Source of the DNA: an uncultured Prevotella sp.
GTDB lineage: Bacteria > Bacteroidota > Bacteroidia > Bacteroidales > Bacteroidaceae
DNA: 64,000 nucleotides
Reading direction: 5' to 3'
NCBI GenBank assembly: GCA_946405145.1
Contig: CAMJGE010000003.1
Location: 63,404 to 127,403, forward strand
In this document: positions 36,927-47,502 of the stretch, in pieces
Layout: the number at the start of each line of letters is the position of its first letter
Numbering within the stretch: the first letter of the stretch is position 1
Made by a program: the position numbers and the translations under genes
Notes under the pieces: generated by a model
Databases searched by the model: none
What the model was told of the DNA's origin: nothing
What the model saw: the letters and a program-made list of their open reading frames with translations, nothing else

Positions 36927-38965
36927 TGGAACTGTTTCCTGAATTGGATGTATTCATCACAACGCGATACGTATTTGTTAGTACGTGTCGCGTTCTGCTT
37001 TTCGAAATTGGCTAAAGTCGCAAAGGCCAGGTACTGAGATGCATTAGCACAAGTCTTGCGGTCATACTCGTAAGTCTCGTTGTTCCATTCCCTAATAAAC
37101 CATCTTTGATTCTCCTCATAAAGCTCGCCATAGCTGAGTGCAAACAGAGCTTTCTCTTTTAAAGCGAAGTCTGTGGTCTGACTGGCCTTCTGTAACAGTT
37201 CCTTGGTCTTGGCCCGCAGATCAACCTCATTCACGCGGAGCGTATCACCAACACTCTTCCCGTCGCGCATCAACCACCAGCAGTCGCCGGTGAAGTTGGC
37301 TTGTGCATAGTAGGTGGCAAGGTTATAATAGCGTTGGCAGAGAGCTTTGCCTGAGAGGACGTTTATAGTGCCCTCCATCATCTGCATCTCTTTGGCGAAC
37401 AGCAGCTTCGGATTCTCACGGACGGTCCAGTTATATTCTCTGGCTTTGGCCTCATCGCTATCCTTGATCCACTGCCGGGTGATCCAAGGCTCCACAGATA
37501 TCTTACGTAACAGGACATACATACGGTAGCCTGCCTCATTATAGAAGGATGCTGGTACGTATGTCAGCCATTTGATGGCCTTGTCCCACTGGCACAGACG
37601 CAGGTATTTCGTACCGATAAGGTCTGTCATAGCCTGTTCGTCTTTCTTGATATTCGCCTTCAGGAATTTGTCGAGGTTCGTCTTGGCAGGGGTGTTGGTA
37701 TAGGCAAAGTATTTCTCCAACTGACTGACACGCATGGTGTCAATGTAAGAGGAATAATTGTAGTTGTTGGTCACATCCATCATTGCAATCAGCTTGTCTA
37801 TGTTGTTTTGATAGTGGTTCATGAGTGCTTGGTGCGACAAACGTGTCTCTGCCCGATGGAAGTAACCGTCAGGCTCTTGCTTCTGCATCTCCTTAAGCCA
37901 TGCCAGTTCTTCAGCGAGGTAATTATCGAAGGCTTCGGTGTCAGGTGCTTGGTTGGCTGTGATAAAGAGCATCAGCACACGTGCGCAGTCTTTCATACGG
38001 TCAGTACCGGCGAATTTGCTGGCTTCCAGGATGTCGGTCGTAGCCTGCTTCTTTTGCCCATAGAGATATTCCAACCAGGCCTGTGCTGATTTCCACATGA
38101 TAGGTGTTTCGGTTTTTCCCTCACGAGTGACAGTTTCACAAAACCGTATCATTTGTTTGGCTTCTTGCTCGTTGATTTTACGAACGAAGAGTTTGCCGTC
38201 GAACCATTCCTCACCGTTTGCATCAATCACTTCCTGACAGTTGTTTACAAAATCTTGCAACAGGAACGGTAACACCTTTGAGTTGGGATTCTTCTGATAG
38301 TGCTGGCAGATGGCTTGGAAGGAACGTTTGCGGTAGAACTGTGTCATCAGACTCTGGTAGTCACCCATCTCTGCAAACAGCTCACCGGCCTTTTCTTCCT
38401 GCCCGGTCTTATAGAGGGCACCAGCATAGATATTTTTCATCATATCTTTATAGACAGTCTCAATCAACTGACTGGCAGTCTGCTCCCAGTAGCTGATGTT
38501 CTCCTGATGGCGCCCCAGCATCATGTTACAGCGCATATAAAGTAAAGCGTGCTGTGAACGTAGTTTCGTCTTAGTGTTATTAAATGCATAGGTGCGTACA
38601 GCTTGCAGGTTACGCTGCTGGGTGTCTATATCTTCTTTGGTTGGATAGCTCCATTCGTTCTGTTTTGCCTGTTCCACATCAACGCATGACAGATACTTCT
38701 GAAGGTTCTTCACATAGCTCACCATCAGTGCATCGTTTTTTTTCTGGGCGGCTTTGATGATCTCATCGGCATTAAACCAGAAGTAATCCTCCGACGTACC
38801 CAGATAGGCTTGCCAATTGTTATCACAGGTTTCACTCGCAAGTTCTCTGAACTCTGTCTGTCTGTATAAACTAAACAGATAAGGGTTGGTTCTCTCTCCC
38901 CAGATACATGCCAATGTTGGCAGTGTCATGGCTGACAATAAACTAATGATGATAAATTTCCTCAT
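36923..38965 (-). CDS. Large exported alpha-helical (TPR-like) hypothetical protein
   Basis: Signal MRKFIIISLLSAMTLPTLA-C; Y/A/L/W-rich helical repeats; start 38965 preferred. Confidence 0.7.
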   Translation of the reverse strand: MRKFIIISLLSAMTLPTLACIWGERTNPYLFSLYRQTEFRELASETCDNNWQAYLGTSEDYFWFNADEIIKAAQKKNDALMVSYVKNLQKYLSCVDVEQAKQNEWSYPTKEDIDTQQRNLQAVRTYAFNNTKTKLRSQHALLYMRCNMMLGRHQENISYWEQTASQLIETVYKDMMKNIYAGALYKTGQEEKAGELFAEMGDYQSLMTQFYRKRSFQAICQHYQKNPNSKVLPFLLQDFVNNCQEVIDANGEEWFDGKLFVRKINEQEAKQMIRFCETVTREGKTETPIMWKSAQAWLEYLYGQKKQATTDILEASKFAGTDRMKDCARVLMLFITANQAPDTEAFDNYLAEELAWLKEMQKQEPDGYFHRAETRLSHQALMNHYQNNIDKLIAMMDVTNNYNYSSYIDTMRVSQLEKYFAYTNTPAKTNLDKFLKANIKKDEQAMTDLIGTKYLRLCQWDKAIKWLTYVPASFYNEAGYRMYVLLRKISVEPWITRQWIKDSDEAKAREYNWTVRENPKLLFAKEMQMMEGTINVLSGKALCQRYYNLATYYAQANFTGDCWWLMRDGKSVGDTLRVNEVDLRAKTKELLQKASQTTDFALKEKALFALSYGELYEENQRWFIREWNNETYEYDRKTCANASQYLAFATLANFEKQNATRTNKYVSRCDEYIQFRKQFH

Positions 38966-39821
38966 AGGTCTCAGGTTTATATCTTTTAATGTTATCATGA
39001 TCGAGGTGATAGATGATGATGGCGTTCTTCAGATTACTACGCTTTTTCTCAACGACTTCTTTTACACGTAAGATCTCGTCGGCATTGACAGCATGCTCTA
39101 CTCGGATCTGATGGATGTTTCTTACCCATTGATAGACAGGGTAGGCTGCAGCCAAAGGCAGGGGATAGCCGTCGAGACGTTTCAAATAAGGCTGTACATC
39201 ACGGATGTCAAGGATAGGGTTACGCTCCTCCCATTTTCTGGGGTCGCCAGTATTATAAATCATCAGCACCCCATAATCAACAGGTGGTGCTTCCATAGAG
39301 AGCTGATGCAGACGGATGGTTGCCGAAAGGGTCTTTCCCCAAATGTGTTTTACCTCTTCCAGAAACTGGTAGTAAGTCTTCCTGCTTTTCAGCGTGTAGT
39401 CGCAGTCAATCTGAATCTCACTGACAGGCCTGATATCGTTAGTCTCATTCATCTGTAGGATGCGTTTCACAATCTTCTCAGCCAGTCCTTGATGGCTCTG
39501 ATGCATACAGTCCTCAGTGATATATATGGTCGGTATAAGTTCAATATTGTCAGGCAATGTACCTGAGAAGGAGATAGTGGCATTAGGCTTTGGCTCTGCA
39601 TCTTTCTCATTCATTACCACATCGAAGTAACGGCAATATACCTTATTAATATGGTAGCGCTGTAGGAATGCCTGTTCAGTACTGTCGAGCTTGAGGTCAG
39701 TGCGCCAATAATACACACTGTTGCTCTGTTCAAGACTAACGTCCTGAGGACTCTGCTTACCGCAACCTGTTATCAGCAGGGATAGCAGAATAGTACATAT
39801 GATGTATTCCTTGTTTCTCAA
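38943..39821 (-). CDS. Lipoprotein with GH18-like/DUF3142-like TIM-barrel motifs
   Basis: Lipobox ITGC; VYCRYFDV, EIQIDCD, LSATIRLHQ, VLMIYN; TTG start 3 nt past the murF stop. Confidence 0.6.
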   Translation of the reverse strand: MRNKEYIICTILLSLLITGCGKQSPQDVSLEQSNSVYYWRTDLKLDSTEQAFLQRYHINKVYCRYFDVVMNEKDAEPKPNATISFSGTLPDNIELIPTIYITEDCMHQSHQGLAEKIVKRILQMNETNDIRPVSEIQIDCDYTLKSRKTYYQFLEEVKHIWGKTLSATIRLHQLSMEAPPVDYGVLMIYNTGDPRKWEERNPILDIRDVQPYLKRLDGYPLPLAAAYPVYQWVRNIHQIRVEHAVNADEILRVKEVVEKKRSNLKNAIIIYHLDHDNIKRYKPETYEEIYHH

Positions 39822-39824
39822 CGC

Positions 39825-41177
39825 TTACAACAGCTCTGGCAATTGAAACAGTTTGTTGCTATTACTACCCTTGATAAGAATATATCGACCTTCTGGTTGC
39901 TGTTCGCGAATAGCAGCCTTTACCTCCTCCACATCATGGAACTTGCGGAAAGTACAAGGGATATCTGTAAAATTGTCACCAACCAACCACACTTCCTCAA
40001 AGCCTGAGGCCTCAAGGTCGGCCACCAACTGGCGGTGTTCTGCATCACTGTCTTCACCTAACTCACCCATCTGTCCGAGGATAGCCATCTTATGAGGCAC
40101 TTCCATCCTCCGGAAGTTGTCGAGTGCCGCCTGCATAGAAGTGGGGTTAGCATTATAAGCATCCACCACAAGGTGGTTCTTCTCTGTTACTGTCATCTGT
40201 GAGCGGTTGTTACTGGGTGTGTATTCCTCTAAAGCTGCACAGATCTTCTTGCGATCTACTCCGAAGTTGATACCCACAGCAATAGCAGCTAACAGATTGT
40301 CGATGTTATATGAGCCGATAAGTTTTGTCTGTACTTTATGCCATTTTGTGGAGCGACCTTCTTCTTCGAGGGTCATCAGAGGCTCGCGCCAACGGAACTT
40401 CAGGAACGGGTCGCAGGCGATAATCTCACCACTGATACAGGTATATTGATTATCTGGGTTAGTGGAGTAGGGGGAGAGCCAGATCTCTTCTTCGTCACCA
40501 ATCTGGTCAACAAGAATATCATTGTCGGCATTGATGAAGATGAGGCCATCCTCTCGGGTGCGCAGGAAATCGTAGAGCTCACATTTGGTCTTGATAACAC
40601 CCTCAAAGGAGCCAAAACCCTGTAAGTGGGCTTTCCCCACATTGGTGATGAGACCACAAGTAGGCTCTGCAGTTTCTACCAAAGTCTTAATGTCACCAGG
40701 GTGACTGGCTCCCATCTCTATGACAGCAATCTCGTGCTCTTTTGTCAGACGGAACAAGGTCTTGGGCACACCGACATCGTTATTAAAGTTGCCTTGGGTA
40801 TAGAGCACATTGAACTTCTGGGAGAGTACTGCTGCTACAAGTTCCTTTGTGGTGGTTTTACCGTTGGTTCCAGTAATGCCAATGACGGGGATGTCAAATT
40901 GGCGACGATGCTCACGCGCCAGATCCTTGAATGTCTGCAGACAGTCATCAACTTTGATGATGCGCTTTGCTAGATGATCTGGTCCTTCTAGCTCTTCAAG
41001 CTTTTCATCCACAATGGCGTAAGCACAGCCCTTCTCGAGAGCTGATACGGCAAACTTGTTTCCGTCGAACGACTCTCCTTTCAGAGCCAGAAAGATGCTT
41101 CCTTCTGGACAGTCACGGCTATCAGTCGTGATACAAGGGTGTTGCTGATAAAGCTGATATAGTTCCTTAATTTCCAT
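39825..41177 (-). CDS. murF: UDP-MurNAc-tripeptide--D-Ala-D-Ala ligase
   Basis: TDSR, GITGTNGKTTTKE, GNFNN, EMGASH, DAYNANPTSM, LIKGS. Confidence 0.96.
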   Translation of the reverse strand: MEIKELYQLYQQHPCITTDSRDCPEGSIFLALKGESFDGNKFAVSALEKGCAYAIVDEKLEELEGPDHLAKRIIKVDDCLQTFKDLAREHRRQFDIPVIGITGTNGKTTTKELVAAVLSQKFNVLYTQGNFNNDVGVPKTLFRLTKEHEIAVIEMGASHPGDIKTLVETAEPTCGLITNVGKAHLQGFGSFEGVIKTKCELYDFLRTREDGLIFINADNDILVDQIGDEEEIWLSPYSTNPDNQYTCISGEIIACDPFLKFRWREPLMTLEEEGRSTKWHKVQTKLIGSYNIDNLLAAIAVGINFGVDRKKICAALEEYTPSNNRSQMTVTEKNHLVVDAYNANPTSMQAALDNFRRMEVPHKMAILGQMGELGEDSDAEHRQLVADLEASGFEEVWLVGDNFTDIPCTFRKFHDVEEVKAAIREQQPEGRYILIKGSNSNKLFQLPELL

Positions 41178-41264
41178 AATCTTCGTGAATTTTGCTGCAA
41201 AGATAGTGAAAATTCTTAATTCATAATTCTTTATTCTTAATTATTTTGTATCTTTGTGGGCGAT

Positions 41265-42065
41265 ATGAACTATACAATCAATGTACAAGGACAGTTAATG
41301 GAACTGTCGCAGCCACAGGTAATGGGCATCTTGAATGTCACACCCGACTCTTTTTATACAGGAAGTCGGATGCAGACAGAACAAGAGATTCTGGGGCGTG
41401 CCCATCAGATTCTAGCTGAGGGTGCAGCAATGATTGATATTGGTGGTTGCTCTACACGCCCAGGTTCAGAACCGGTTTCTGAGACAGATGAGATGGAACG
41501 CCTGCGTCTGGCCTTAGGCGTGGTACGGCGTGAGTTTCCTCGTGCCGTCATATCTGTTGATACCTTCCGTCCTGACGTGGCTCGGATGGTGGTAGAGGAG
41601 TATGGTGCAGATATCATTAATGATGTCAGTGAAGGTGGTGTGGAGATGTATCGAATGGTTGCTCGTTTACGCGTACCTTATATATTAATGTCTGTTCAGC
41701 CAACACTTCATGATATGTTACTGGCTTTTGCCCGTGAGGTGCAGCAGTTGCGTGATCTTGGTGTGAAGGATATGATCCTGGATCCAGGTTTCGGGTTTGG
41801 CAAGACGGTGGTGCAGAACTATCAGGTGATGAACGGTTTGGAGCGGTTGCAGGTTATGGATTTGCCATTATTGGTGGGTGTATCTCGTAAGTCGATGATT
41901 TTTAAACTGCTTGGCCTGACACCCGAAGAATCGCTGAATGGCACGTCGGTACTGAATACGATTGCGCTGATGAAAGGTGCCAGCATCTTGCGTGTGCATG
42001 ATGTGAAGGAAGCTGTAGAGTGCGTAAGAATAGTAGAATCCCTAAATGGTCAAATAGATAAATAG
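41265..42065 (+). CDS. folP: Dihydropteroate synthase
   Basis: MGILNVTPDSF, IDIGGCSTRPG, SVDTF, DPGFGFGK, GVSRKS, LRVHDV. Confidence 0.96.
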   Translation: MNYTINVQGQLMELSQPQVMGILNVTPDSFYTGSRMQTEQEILGRAHQILAEGAAMIDIGGCSTRPGSEPVSETDEMERLRLALGVVRREFPRAVISVDTFRPDVARMVVEEYGADIINDVSEGGVEMYRMVARLRVPYILMSVQPTLHDMLLAFAREVQQLRDLGVKDMILDPGFGFGKTVVQNYQVMNGLERLQVMDLPLLVGVSRKSMIFKLLGLTPEESLNGTSVLNTIALMKGASILRVHDVKEAVECVRIVESLNGQIDK

Positions 42066-42068
42066 CCT

Positions 42069-42845
42069 ATGTTCATAGAGTTCGGATTAGTTGATATCAT
42101 CGATATCTTCCTGGTGGCGCTGATGTTGTTCTACATCTATCGTCTGATGCGTGAGTCGCGTTCGCTGAATGTGTTCATCGGCATCATGGTGTTTATCGTC
42201 ATCTGGCTCTTTGTGTCCCAGATCATTCAGATGCGATTGCTTGGTTCTATTCTCGACAAGTTGGTCAGTGTGGGTGTGATTGCGCTGATCGTTCTTTTCC
42301 AAGAGGATATCCGTACGTTCCTCTTTAATTTGGGTGCGCATCGGCGCATGAGGAGAATCATGCGAATCTTCTCAAAAGACAAGGAGAAAGACCAGAAGGA
42401 AGTGAAGGAGACCATCATGCCTATTGTCATGTCGTGTATGAACATGAGTAAGGGCAAGGTTGGTGCCTTGATAGTGATAGAGCGTACAATGCCTTTAGAT
42501 GATATTGTGCGTACGGGTGATATGATTGATGCCACCATTAATCAGCGGTTGATAGAGAATGTGTTTTTCAAGAATTCGCCATTGCACGATGGTGCAATGA
42601 TCATCTCTAAACGGCGTATTAAAGCAGCAGGTTGCATCCTACCTGTTAGTCATGATTTGGATATTCCGAAGGAGTTAGGACTGCGTCATCGTGCCGCAAT
42701 GGGCATGTCGCAGGAGAGTGATGCTGTGGCTGTTGTCGTATCCGAAGAGACAGGAGGCATCTCTGTAGCTGTAAGGGGCGAGTTCCGTCTTCGTCTCTCA
42801 GCTGAGGAGTTGGAGGGCATCTTGACAAAGGAGCTCGCCGACTAA
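42069..42845 (+). CDS. cdaA: Diadenylate cyclase (CdaA type)
   Basis: Three N-terminal TMs; SPLHDGA, GLRHRAA, VSEETG. Confidence 0.93.
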   Translation: MFIEFGLVDIIDIFLVALMLFYIYRLMRESRSLNVFIGIMVFIVIWLFVSQIIQMRLLGSILDKLVSVGVIALIVLFQEDIRTFLFNLGAHRRMRRIMRIFSKDKEKDQKEVKETIMPIVMSCMNMSKGKVGALIVIERTMPLDDIVRTGDMIDATINQRLIENVFFKNSPLHDGAMIISKRRIKAAGCILPVSHDLDIPKELGLRHRAAMGMSQESDAVAVVVSEETGGISVAVRGEFRLRLSAEELEGILTKELAD

Positions 42846-42977
42846 ACGTAAAGGTTTTCATTTAATTTTTTGAAAAATAATCTCTATTCCTGCATGGGTT
42901 TCGGATTAATTTAGTAATTTTGCAAACTCAATGTTACAAATAAGCAGTCTAGAACATTTTAAAAATATAAGCAAACT

Positions 42978-43988
42978 ATGGATTTATTAAGTCAAATTGT
43001 AGCGCGTGCAAAGTCAAATAAGCAGCGCATCGTACTCCCCGAAGCAGAGGAGGAGCGTACACTCTGTGCAGCCGACAAGGCTCTGGCTGATGATATCGCA
43101 GATATCGTCCTGATTGGTAATCCTGATAAGGTAAGTGCCCTTGCAAAAGAAAAGGGACTGACCAATATCGGTAAGGCTACTCTCATCGATCCTGAAAACT
43201 ATGAGAAGAGTGAGGAGCTGGCTGAGAAACTGGCTGAGATCCGCAAGTCAAAGGGTATGACCATTGAGGAGGCTCGTAAGCTGATAAAGAATCCGCTGTA
43301 TCTGGGCTGTATGATTATCAAGACCGAGGGTGCTGATGGTCAGATATCTGGTGCACTCTCTACTACAGGTGACACCCTGCGTCCTGCTCTGCAGATCATC
43401 AAGTGTCAGCCTGGCATCACCTGCGTCAGCGGTGGACTGCTGCTCATCTCTAAGCAGAAGCAGTATGGTGAGGATGGTGTGCTTGTTGTAGCCGACGTAG
43501 CAGTAACACCTATGCCTGATGCAAATCAGCTTTCTCAGATCGCTGTCTGCACTGCTCAGATGGCTAAGGCTGTGGCTGGTTTCAAAGAGCCACGTGTAGC
43601 TATGCTCAGCTTCTCTACCAAGGGTTCTGCAAAGCATGAGGTTGTAGATAAGGTGGTTGAGGCTACTCGTTTGGCAAAGGAACTCGATCCTTCTCTGAAG
43701 ATCGATGGTGAGTTGCAGGCTGATGCCGCTCTGGTTCCATCGGTAGGTGCTAAGAAGGCTCCCGGTTCAGAAATCGCAGGAAATGCTAACGTGCTCGTAT
43801 TCCCCAACCTTGAGGTAGGAAATATCGGTTATAAGATGGTGCAGCGCCTTGGCGATGCTATCGCTATCGGTCCTGTTCTGCAGGGTATTGCACGTCCTGT
43901 CAACGACCTATCTCGTGGTTGTTCTGTCGATGATATCTATTACATGATTGCCATCACAGCTTGTCAGGCTATGGATGCGAAGAAGTAG
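42978..43988 (+). CDS. pta: Phosphate acetyltransferase
   Basis: RIVLPE, MLSFSTKGS, DGELQADAA, GNIGYK, NDLSRG. Confidence 0.96.
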   Translation: MDLLSQIVARAKSNKQRIVLPEAEEERTLCAADKALADDIADIVLIGNPDKVSALAKEKGLTNIGKATLIDPENYEKSEELAEKLAEIRKSKGMTIEEARKLIKNPLYLGCMIIKTEGADGQISGALSTTGDTLRPALQIIKCQPGITCVSGGLLLISKQKQYGEDGVLVVADVAVTPMPDANQLSQIAVCTAQMAKAVAGFKEPRVAMLSFSTKGSAKHEVVDKVVEATRLAKELDPSLKIDGELQADAALVPSVGAKKAPGSEIAGNANVLVFPNLEVGNIGYKMVQRLGDAIAIGPVLQGIARPVNDLSRGCSVDDIYYMIAITACQAMDAKK

Positions 43989-44026
43989 TTAAGAAGTTAG
44001 AAGTAGTTAAGAAGTTAGAAGAAGAC

Positions 44027-45217
44027 ATGAAGATATTAGTATTGAATTGTGGCTCTTCGTCTATTAAGTACGCGTTGTACAACATGGACGACAAGAGTGT
44101 GATGACCAGTGGCGGTGCTGAGCGTGTAGGCTTGGATGGTGCCTTTGTCAAGGTTAAGCTGGCCAATGGCGAGAAAAAGCAGATTATGCACGATATCCCC
44201 GAGCATACCGAAGGTGTGAAGTTTATCTTTTCTCTGCTCACCGACCCTGAGATAGGTGTGATCAAAAGCCTCGACGAGATCGATGCTGTAGGTCACCGTA
44301 TGGTGCATGGTGGCGAGAAGTTCAATAAGTCGGTTGTCCTTACCGATGAGGTGCTGAAGGTATTTGAGGAGTGCTCTGATCTGGCTCCTCTGCACAATCC
44401 TGCCAACCTGAAGGGCGTGAATGCTGTGAAGGAGTTGATGCCTGGTCTGCCACAGGTAGGTGTGTTTGATACCGCTTTCCATCAGACCATGCCCGACTAT
44501 GCCTATATGTATGCCATTCCTTATGAGCTTTATAAGCAGTATGGTGTACGTCGCTATGGTTTCCATGGCACTTCTCATCGTTATGTTTCAGCTCGTGCCC
44601 TTGAGTTCCTCGGCATGAAGCCTGAGGGTACAAAGGTGATTACCTGCCATGTGGGTAATGGTGGCTCTATCGCAGCTGTAGTCGATGGAAAGTGCGTTGA
44701 TACATCTATGGGCCTGACCCCGTTGGAGGGTCTTGTGATGGGTACTCGCTCCGGTGATATCGACGGTGGTGCCGTAACCTTCCTCGAGAAGAAACTGGGT
44801 CTCGATGCCGATGGCATGAGCAACCTGCTCAACAAGAAGAGTGGTGTAGCTGGTATCACTGGTGGCTCAAGCGATATGCGTGATGTTGAGAATGCTGCCA
44901 AGGCTGGTGAACCCCGTGCTGTTCTGGCTCAGGAGATGTATTTCTATCGCATTAAGAAGTATATTGGTGCTTATGCTGCTGCTATGGGTGGTGTTGATGT
45001 GATTGTGTTCACTGCAGGTGTTGGTGAGAACCAGATCGGTATGCGTTCAGAGGTCTGCAAGGGCTTGGAGTTCCTGGGTGTTAAGTTCGACGACCAGAAG
45101 AATAATGTGCGTGGTGAAGAGGCTATCATCTCTGCCGACGACTCAAAGGTAAAGGTGGTTGTCATTCCTACCGATGAGGAACTGATGATCGCTACAGATA
45201 CGATGAATCTGTTGTAA
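44027..45217 (+). CDS. ackA: Acetate kinase
   Basis: MKILVLNCGSSSIK, GHRMVHGG, APLHNP, YGFHGTSH, PTDEE; true start ATG 44027 after a 9-mer array. Confidence 0.96.
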   Translation: MKILVLNCGSSSIKYALYNMDDKSVMTSGGAERVGLDGAFVKVKLANGEKKQIMHDIPEHTEGVKFIFSLLTDPEIGVIKSLDEIDAVGHRMVHGGEKFNKSVVLTDEVLKVFEECSDLAPLHNPANLKGVNAVKELMPGLPQVGVFDTAFHQTMPDYAYMYAIPYELYKQYGVRRYGFHGTSHRYVSARALEFLGMKPEGTKVITCHVGNGGSIAAVVDGKCVDTSMGLTPLEGLVMGTRSGDIDGGAVTFLEKKLGLDADGMSNLLNKKSGVAGITGGSSDMRDVENAAKAGEPRAVLAQEMYFYRIKKYIGAYAAAMGGVDVIVFTAGVGENQIGMRSEVCKGLEFLGVKFDDQKNNVRGEEAIISADDSKVKVVVIPTDEELMIATDTMNLL

Positions 45218-45236
45218 ACAGAATAATCATGTTAGA

Positions 45237-45270
45237 TAAATAAAGGCTTCCCAACGGAAGCCTTTATTTA
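45237..45270. terminator. Bidirectional terminator
   Basis: taaataaaggcttcc-caac-ggaagcctttattta. Confidence 0.85.
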
Positions 45271-46325
45271 TATGTCTTATAAAGTGTGCCTTGATGATGG
45301 CGCTGTTCCATCACATCCATAATCTCTTCTTCTGTGGAGAGGTTGAAGTCACCAGGGATGGTATTCTTCAGTGTGGCAGCTGCCAGCGAGTAGTTCAGTT
45401 GCTTCTGCCTGTCATCGGGAAACAGTTTGATGGCATGAAGCCATCCGCCCATGAAGGCATCGCCCACGCCAACGGGATCTATCACGTCGGGGATGTCCAT
45501 GATGGGTGCCTGAAGCAGTTCACCATCTGTCCACAGCAAACCTGTGAGCGTGTGGTGCTTCGATGATATCTCATTGCGCATGCCCATCATCCAGCTCTTT
45601 ACGCGGGGATAGGCGGCATGTAACTCGTCGAACCATGCCCGATATTCATCCATCTGCATCTGGAAGGTAGAGTCTAAAGCTGTGAACGGGGGTTGTGGAT
45701 GCTGTGTGAGCCAGTCGAATTCAACGGCATCACCAAACATCATGTCGCAGCGTGAGAGCATGTGGCTCAACGTTTCGCGTGGAGCCGCTCCTTCATATTT
45801 CCACAAATTCTTGCGATAGTTGATATCGAAACACACGGTGACACCCAGTTGGTCAGCTATGTCGAGTGCCTCGAAGGTGGCCTCTGCGGCTTGTTGCGAG
45901 ATGGCAGCTGTGATACCCGACACATGGAAGTAGTTGCAGTCCTGCAGTATCTCTCGCCAGGGAATCATGCCGGGCTTCAGGTCGAAATAGGCAGAGTTGG
46001 CGCGGTCGTAGATCACTTTTGGAGCTCTCATGCCGGCAGCGGGCTCAAAGTAATAGGTGCCGATACGCTGGCCGCCATAGAGAACATGAGAGGTGTCCAC
46101 ACCCAACTGTGCCAGGTTCATGGCTCCAGCGTGCCCTACTGGGGTGTCGGGCAGTCGGGTTATATAAGTCACCTCTTCGCCTTGGGTCGCCAATGATACT
46201 GCCACGTTGGCTTCGCTACCGCCATACTTGCTGGTAAACATGTCGCCTTGGGTCAGTCTTAGGTGATAAGGCTTAGAGAATCTTAATAGGAGTTCTCCGA
46301 ATGTTACTATTTTTTGTCTATTCAT
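45264..46325 (-). CDS. PfkB-family sugar kinase (KdgK-like)
   Basis: TFGELLLR, GGSEANVA, FDINYRKNLW, DPVGVGDAF; start ATG 46325. Confidence 0.85.
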   Translation of the reverse strand: MNRQKIVTFGELLLRFSKPYHLRLTQGDMFTSKYGGSEANVAVSLATQGEEVTYITRLPDTPVGHAGAMNLAQLGVDTSHVLYGGQRIGTYYFEPAAGMRAPKVIYDRANSAYFDLKPGMIPWREILQDCNYFHVSGITAAISQQAAEATFEALDIADQLGVTVCFDINYRKNLWKYEGAAPRETLSHMLSRCDMMFGDAVEFDWLTQHPQPPFTALDSTFQMQMDEYRAWFDELHAAYPRVKSWMMGMRNEISSKHHTLTGLLWTDGELLQAPIMDIPDVIDPVGVGDAFMGGWLHAIKLFPDDRQKQLNYSLAAATLKNTIPGDFNLSTEEEIMDVMEQRHHQGTLYKTYK

Positions 46326-46347
46326 ATCGCTTTTGTGATTTTTCTTG

Positions 46348-47112
46348 TTAAGGACGGCTCTCGCCTTCAATGTATTGCGACATCAGCAGGTGGTTGCCGT
46401 CATACACGACATAGGTGAAATGGCTGATCCAGTCGCCGAGTATAATCATGCGGGCTTTTTTTGTAAGCTGAAGATCCAACTCGATATGGCGATGGCCGTA
46501 AATGAAGTAGTCTACATTAGGATGGTACTGGATGTATTCCTTTGTGAAGAGCACTAGATGTTCCTTGCTCTCGCCCATGTAGGGTGGCTCTTCGCCATTG
46601 GGGCGCTTCATGCGGGAATGCTTGGCCCAGTGCAGACCGAACCACATCGCCCAACGGGGATGCAAACCTGAGAATGCCCACTGGCAGACCTTGTTGTGGA
46701 AGATGCTCTTGATGAACTTGAACTTCTTGTTGGGGTCTCCCAGTCCGTCGCCATGCGCCAGATAAAACATCTTACCATAGATCTCTGTCGTCTCAGGTTT
46801 CTTATGCAGGATCACGCCACACTCTTTTTCTAGATACTCGTATGCCCAGATGTCGTGGTTGCCTGTGAAGTAATGCACCTCTACGCCCATGTCGGTCAAC
46901 TCAGAGAGCTTACCCAGAAAACGGGTGTAGCCTTTGGGTACGACGAACTTGTATTCGTACCAGAAGTCAAACATGTCACCTAACAGGTAGATGGCTGCTG
47001 CCTTTTCCTTAATGGAATCCAGGAAACGCACCAATCGCCGTTCCTGCATGCGTCCGTGAGGAATGGCCAGCGACCCGAGATGGGCATCAGAGAGGAAATA
47101 GATATTCTTCAT
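46348..47112 (-). CDS. lpxH: UDP-2,3-diacylglucosamine diphosphatase
   Basis: FLSDAHLG, LLGDMFDFW, GNHD, AHGD, YGHRH, LGDW. Confidence 0.88.
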   Translation of the reverse strand: MKNIYFLSDAHLGSLAIPHGRMQERRLVRFLDSIKEKAAAIYLLGDMFDFWYEYKFVVPKGYTRFLGKLSELTDMGVEVHYFTGNHDIWAYEYLEKECGVILHKKPETTEIYGKMFYLAHGDGLGDPNKKFKFIKSIFHNKVCQWAFSGLHPRWAMWFGLHWAKHSRMKRPNGEEPPYMGESKEHLVLFTKEYIQYHPNVDYFIYGHRHIELDLQLTKKARMIILGDWISHFTYVVYDGNHLLMSQYIEGESRP

Positions 47113-47432
47113 TAGTCAAATCCCAGTTCTACTCTTGCTTCTTCGCTCATCATCGACTGATCCCAGGCTGGCTCGAAAACGAGATTCACGTTGGCACCCT
47201 TTACGTCTTCGAGACTCTCCACCTTCGTGCGTACATCTTCTAATATATAGTCGGCTGCAGGGCAGTTGGGAGCAGTAAATGTCATATCAAGTTCAACCGA
47301 CGAGTCATCTTGCACGTCGATCTTGTAAATCATTCCCAGATCATAGATGTTGACGGGGATCTCAGGGTCATAGACAGTTTTCAATATATCTACAATCCGT
47401 TCTTCTATCTGATTCTTTTCTTCTTGTGTCAT
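47112..47432 (-). CDS. DUF59/SufT-like Fe-S cluster assembly protein
   Basis: VYDPEIPVNIYDLG, TFTAPNCP, VFEPAW. Confidence 0.9.
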   Translation of the reverse strand: MTQEEKNQIEERIVDILKTVYDPEIPVNIYDLGMIYKIDVQDDSSVELDMTFTAPNCPAADYILEDVRTKVESLEDVKGANVNLVFEPAWDQSMMSEEARVELGFD

Positions 47433-47502
47433 TTTGTAGTTGTCGTTTGGGGGACAAAGTTAGTGAAAAATGCGCGAAGAACCAAATTTTATGGAAGATT
47501 TG

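Noticed and set aside
43961-44026. N-terminal extension of AckA (VVKKLEVVKKLEE)
   Set aside because: It is the translation of the intergenic 9-mer array; the canonical start is 44027
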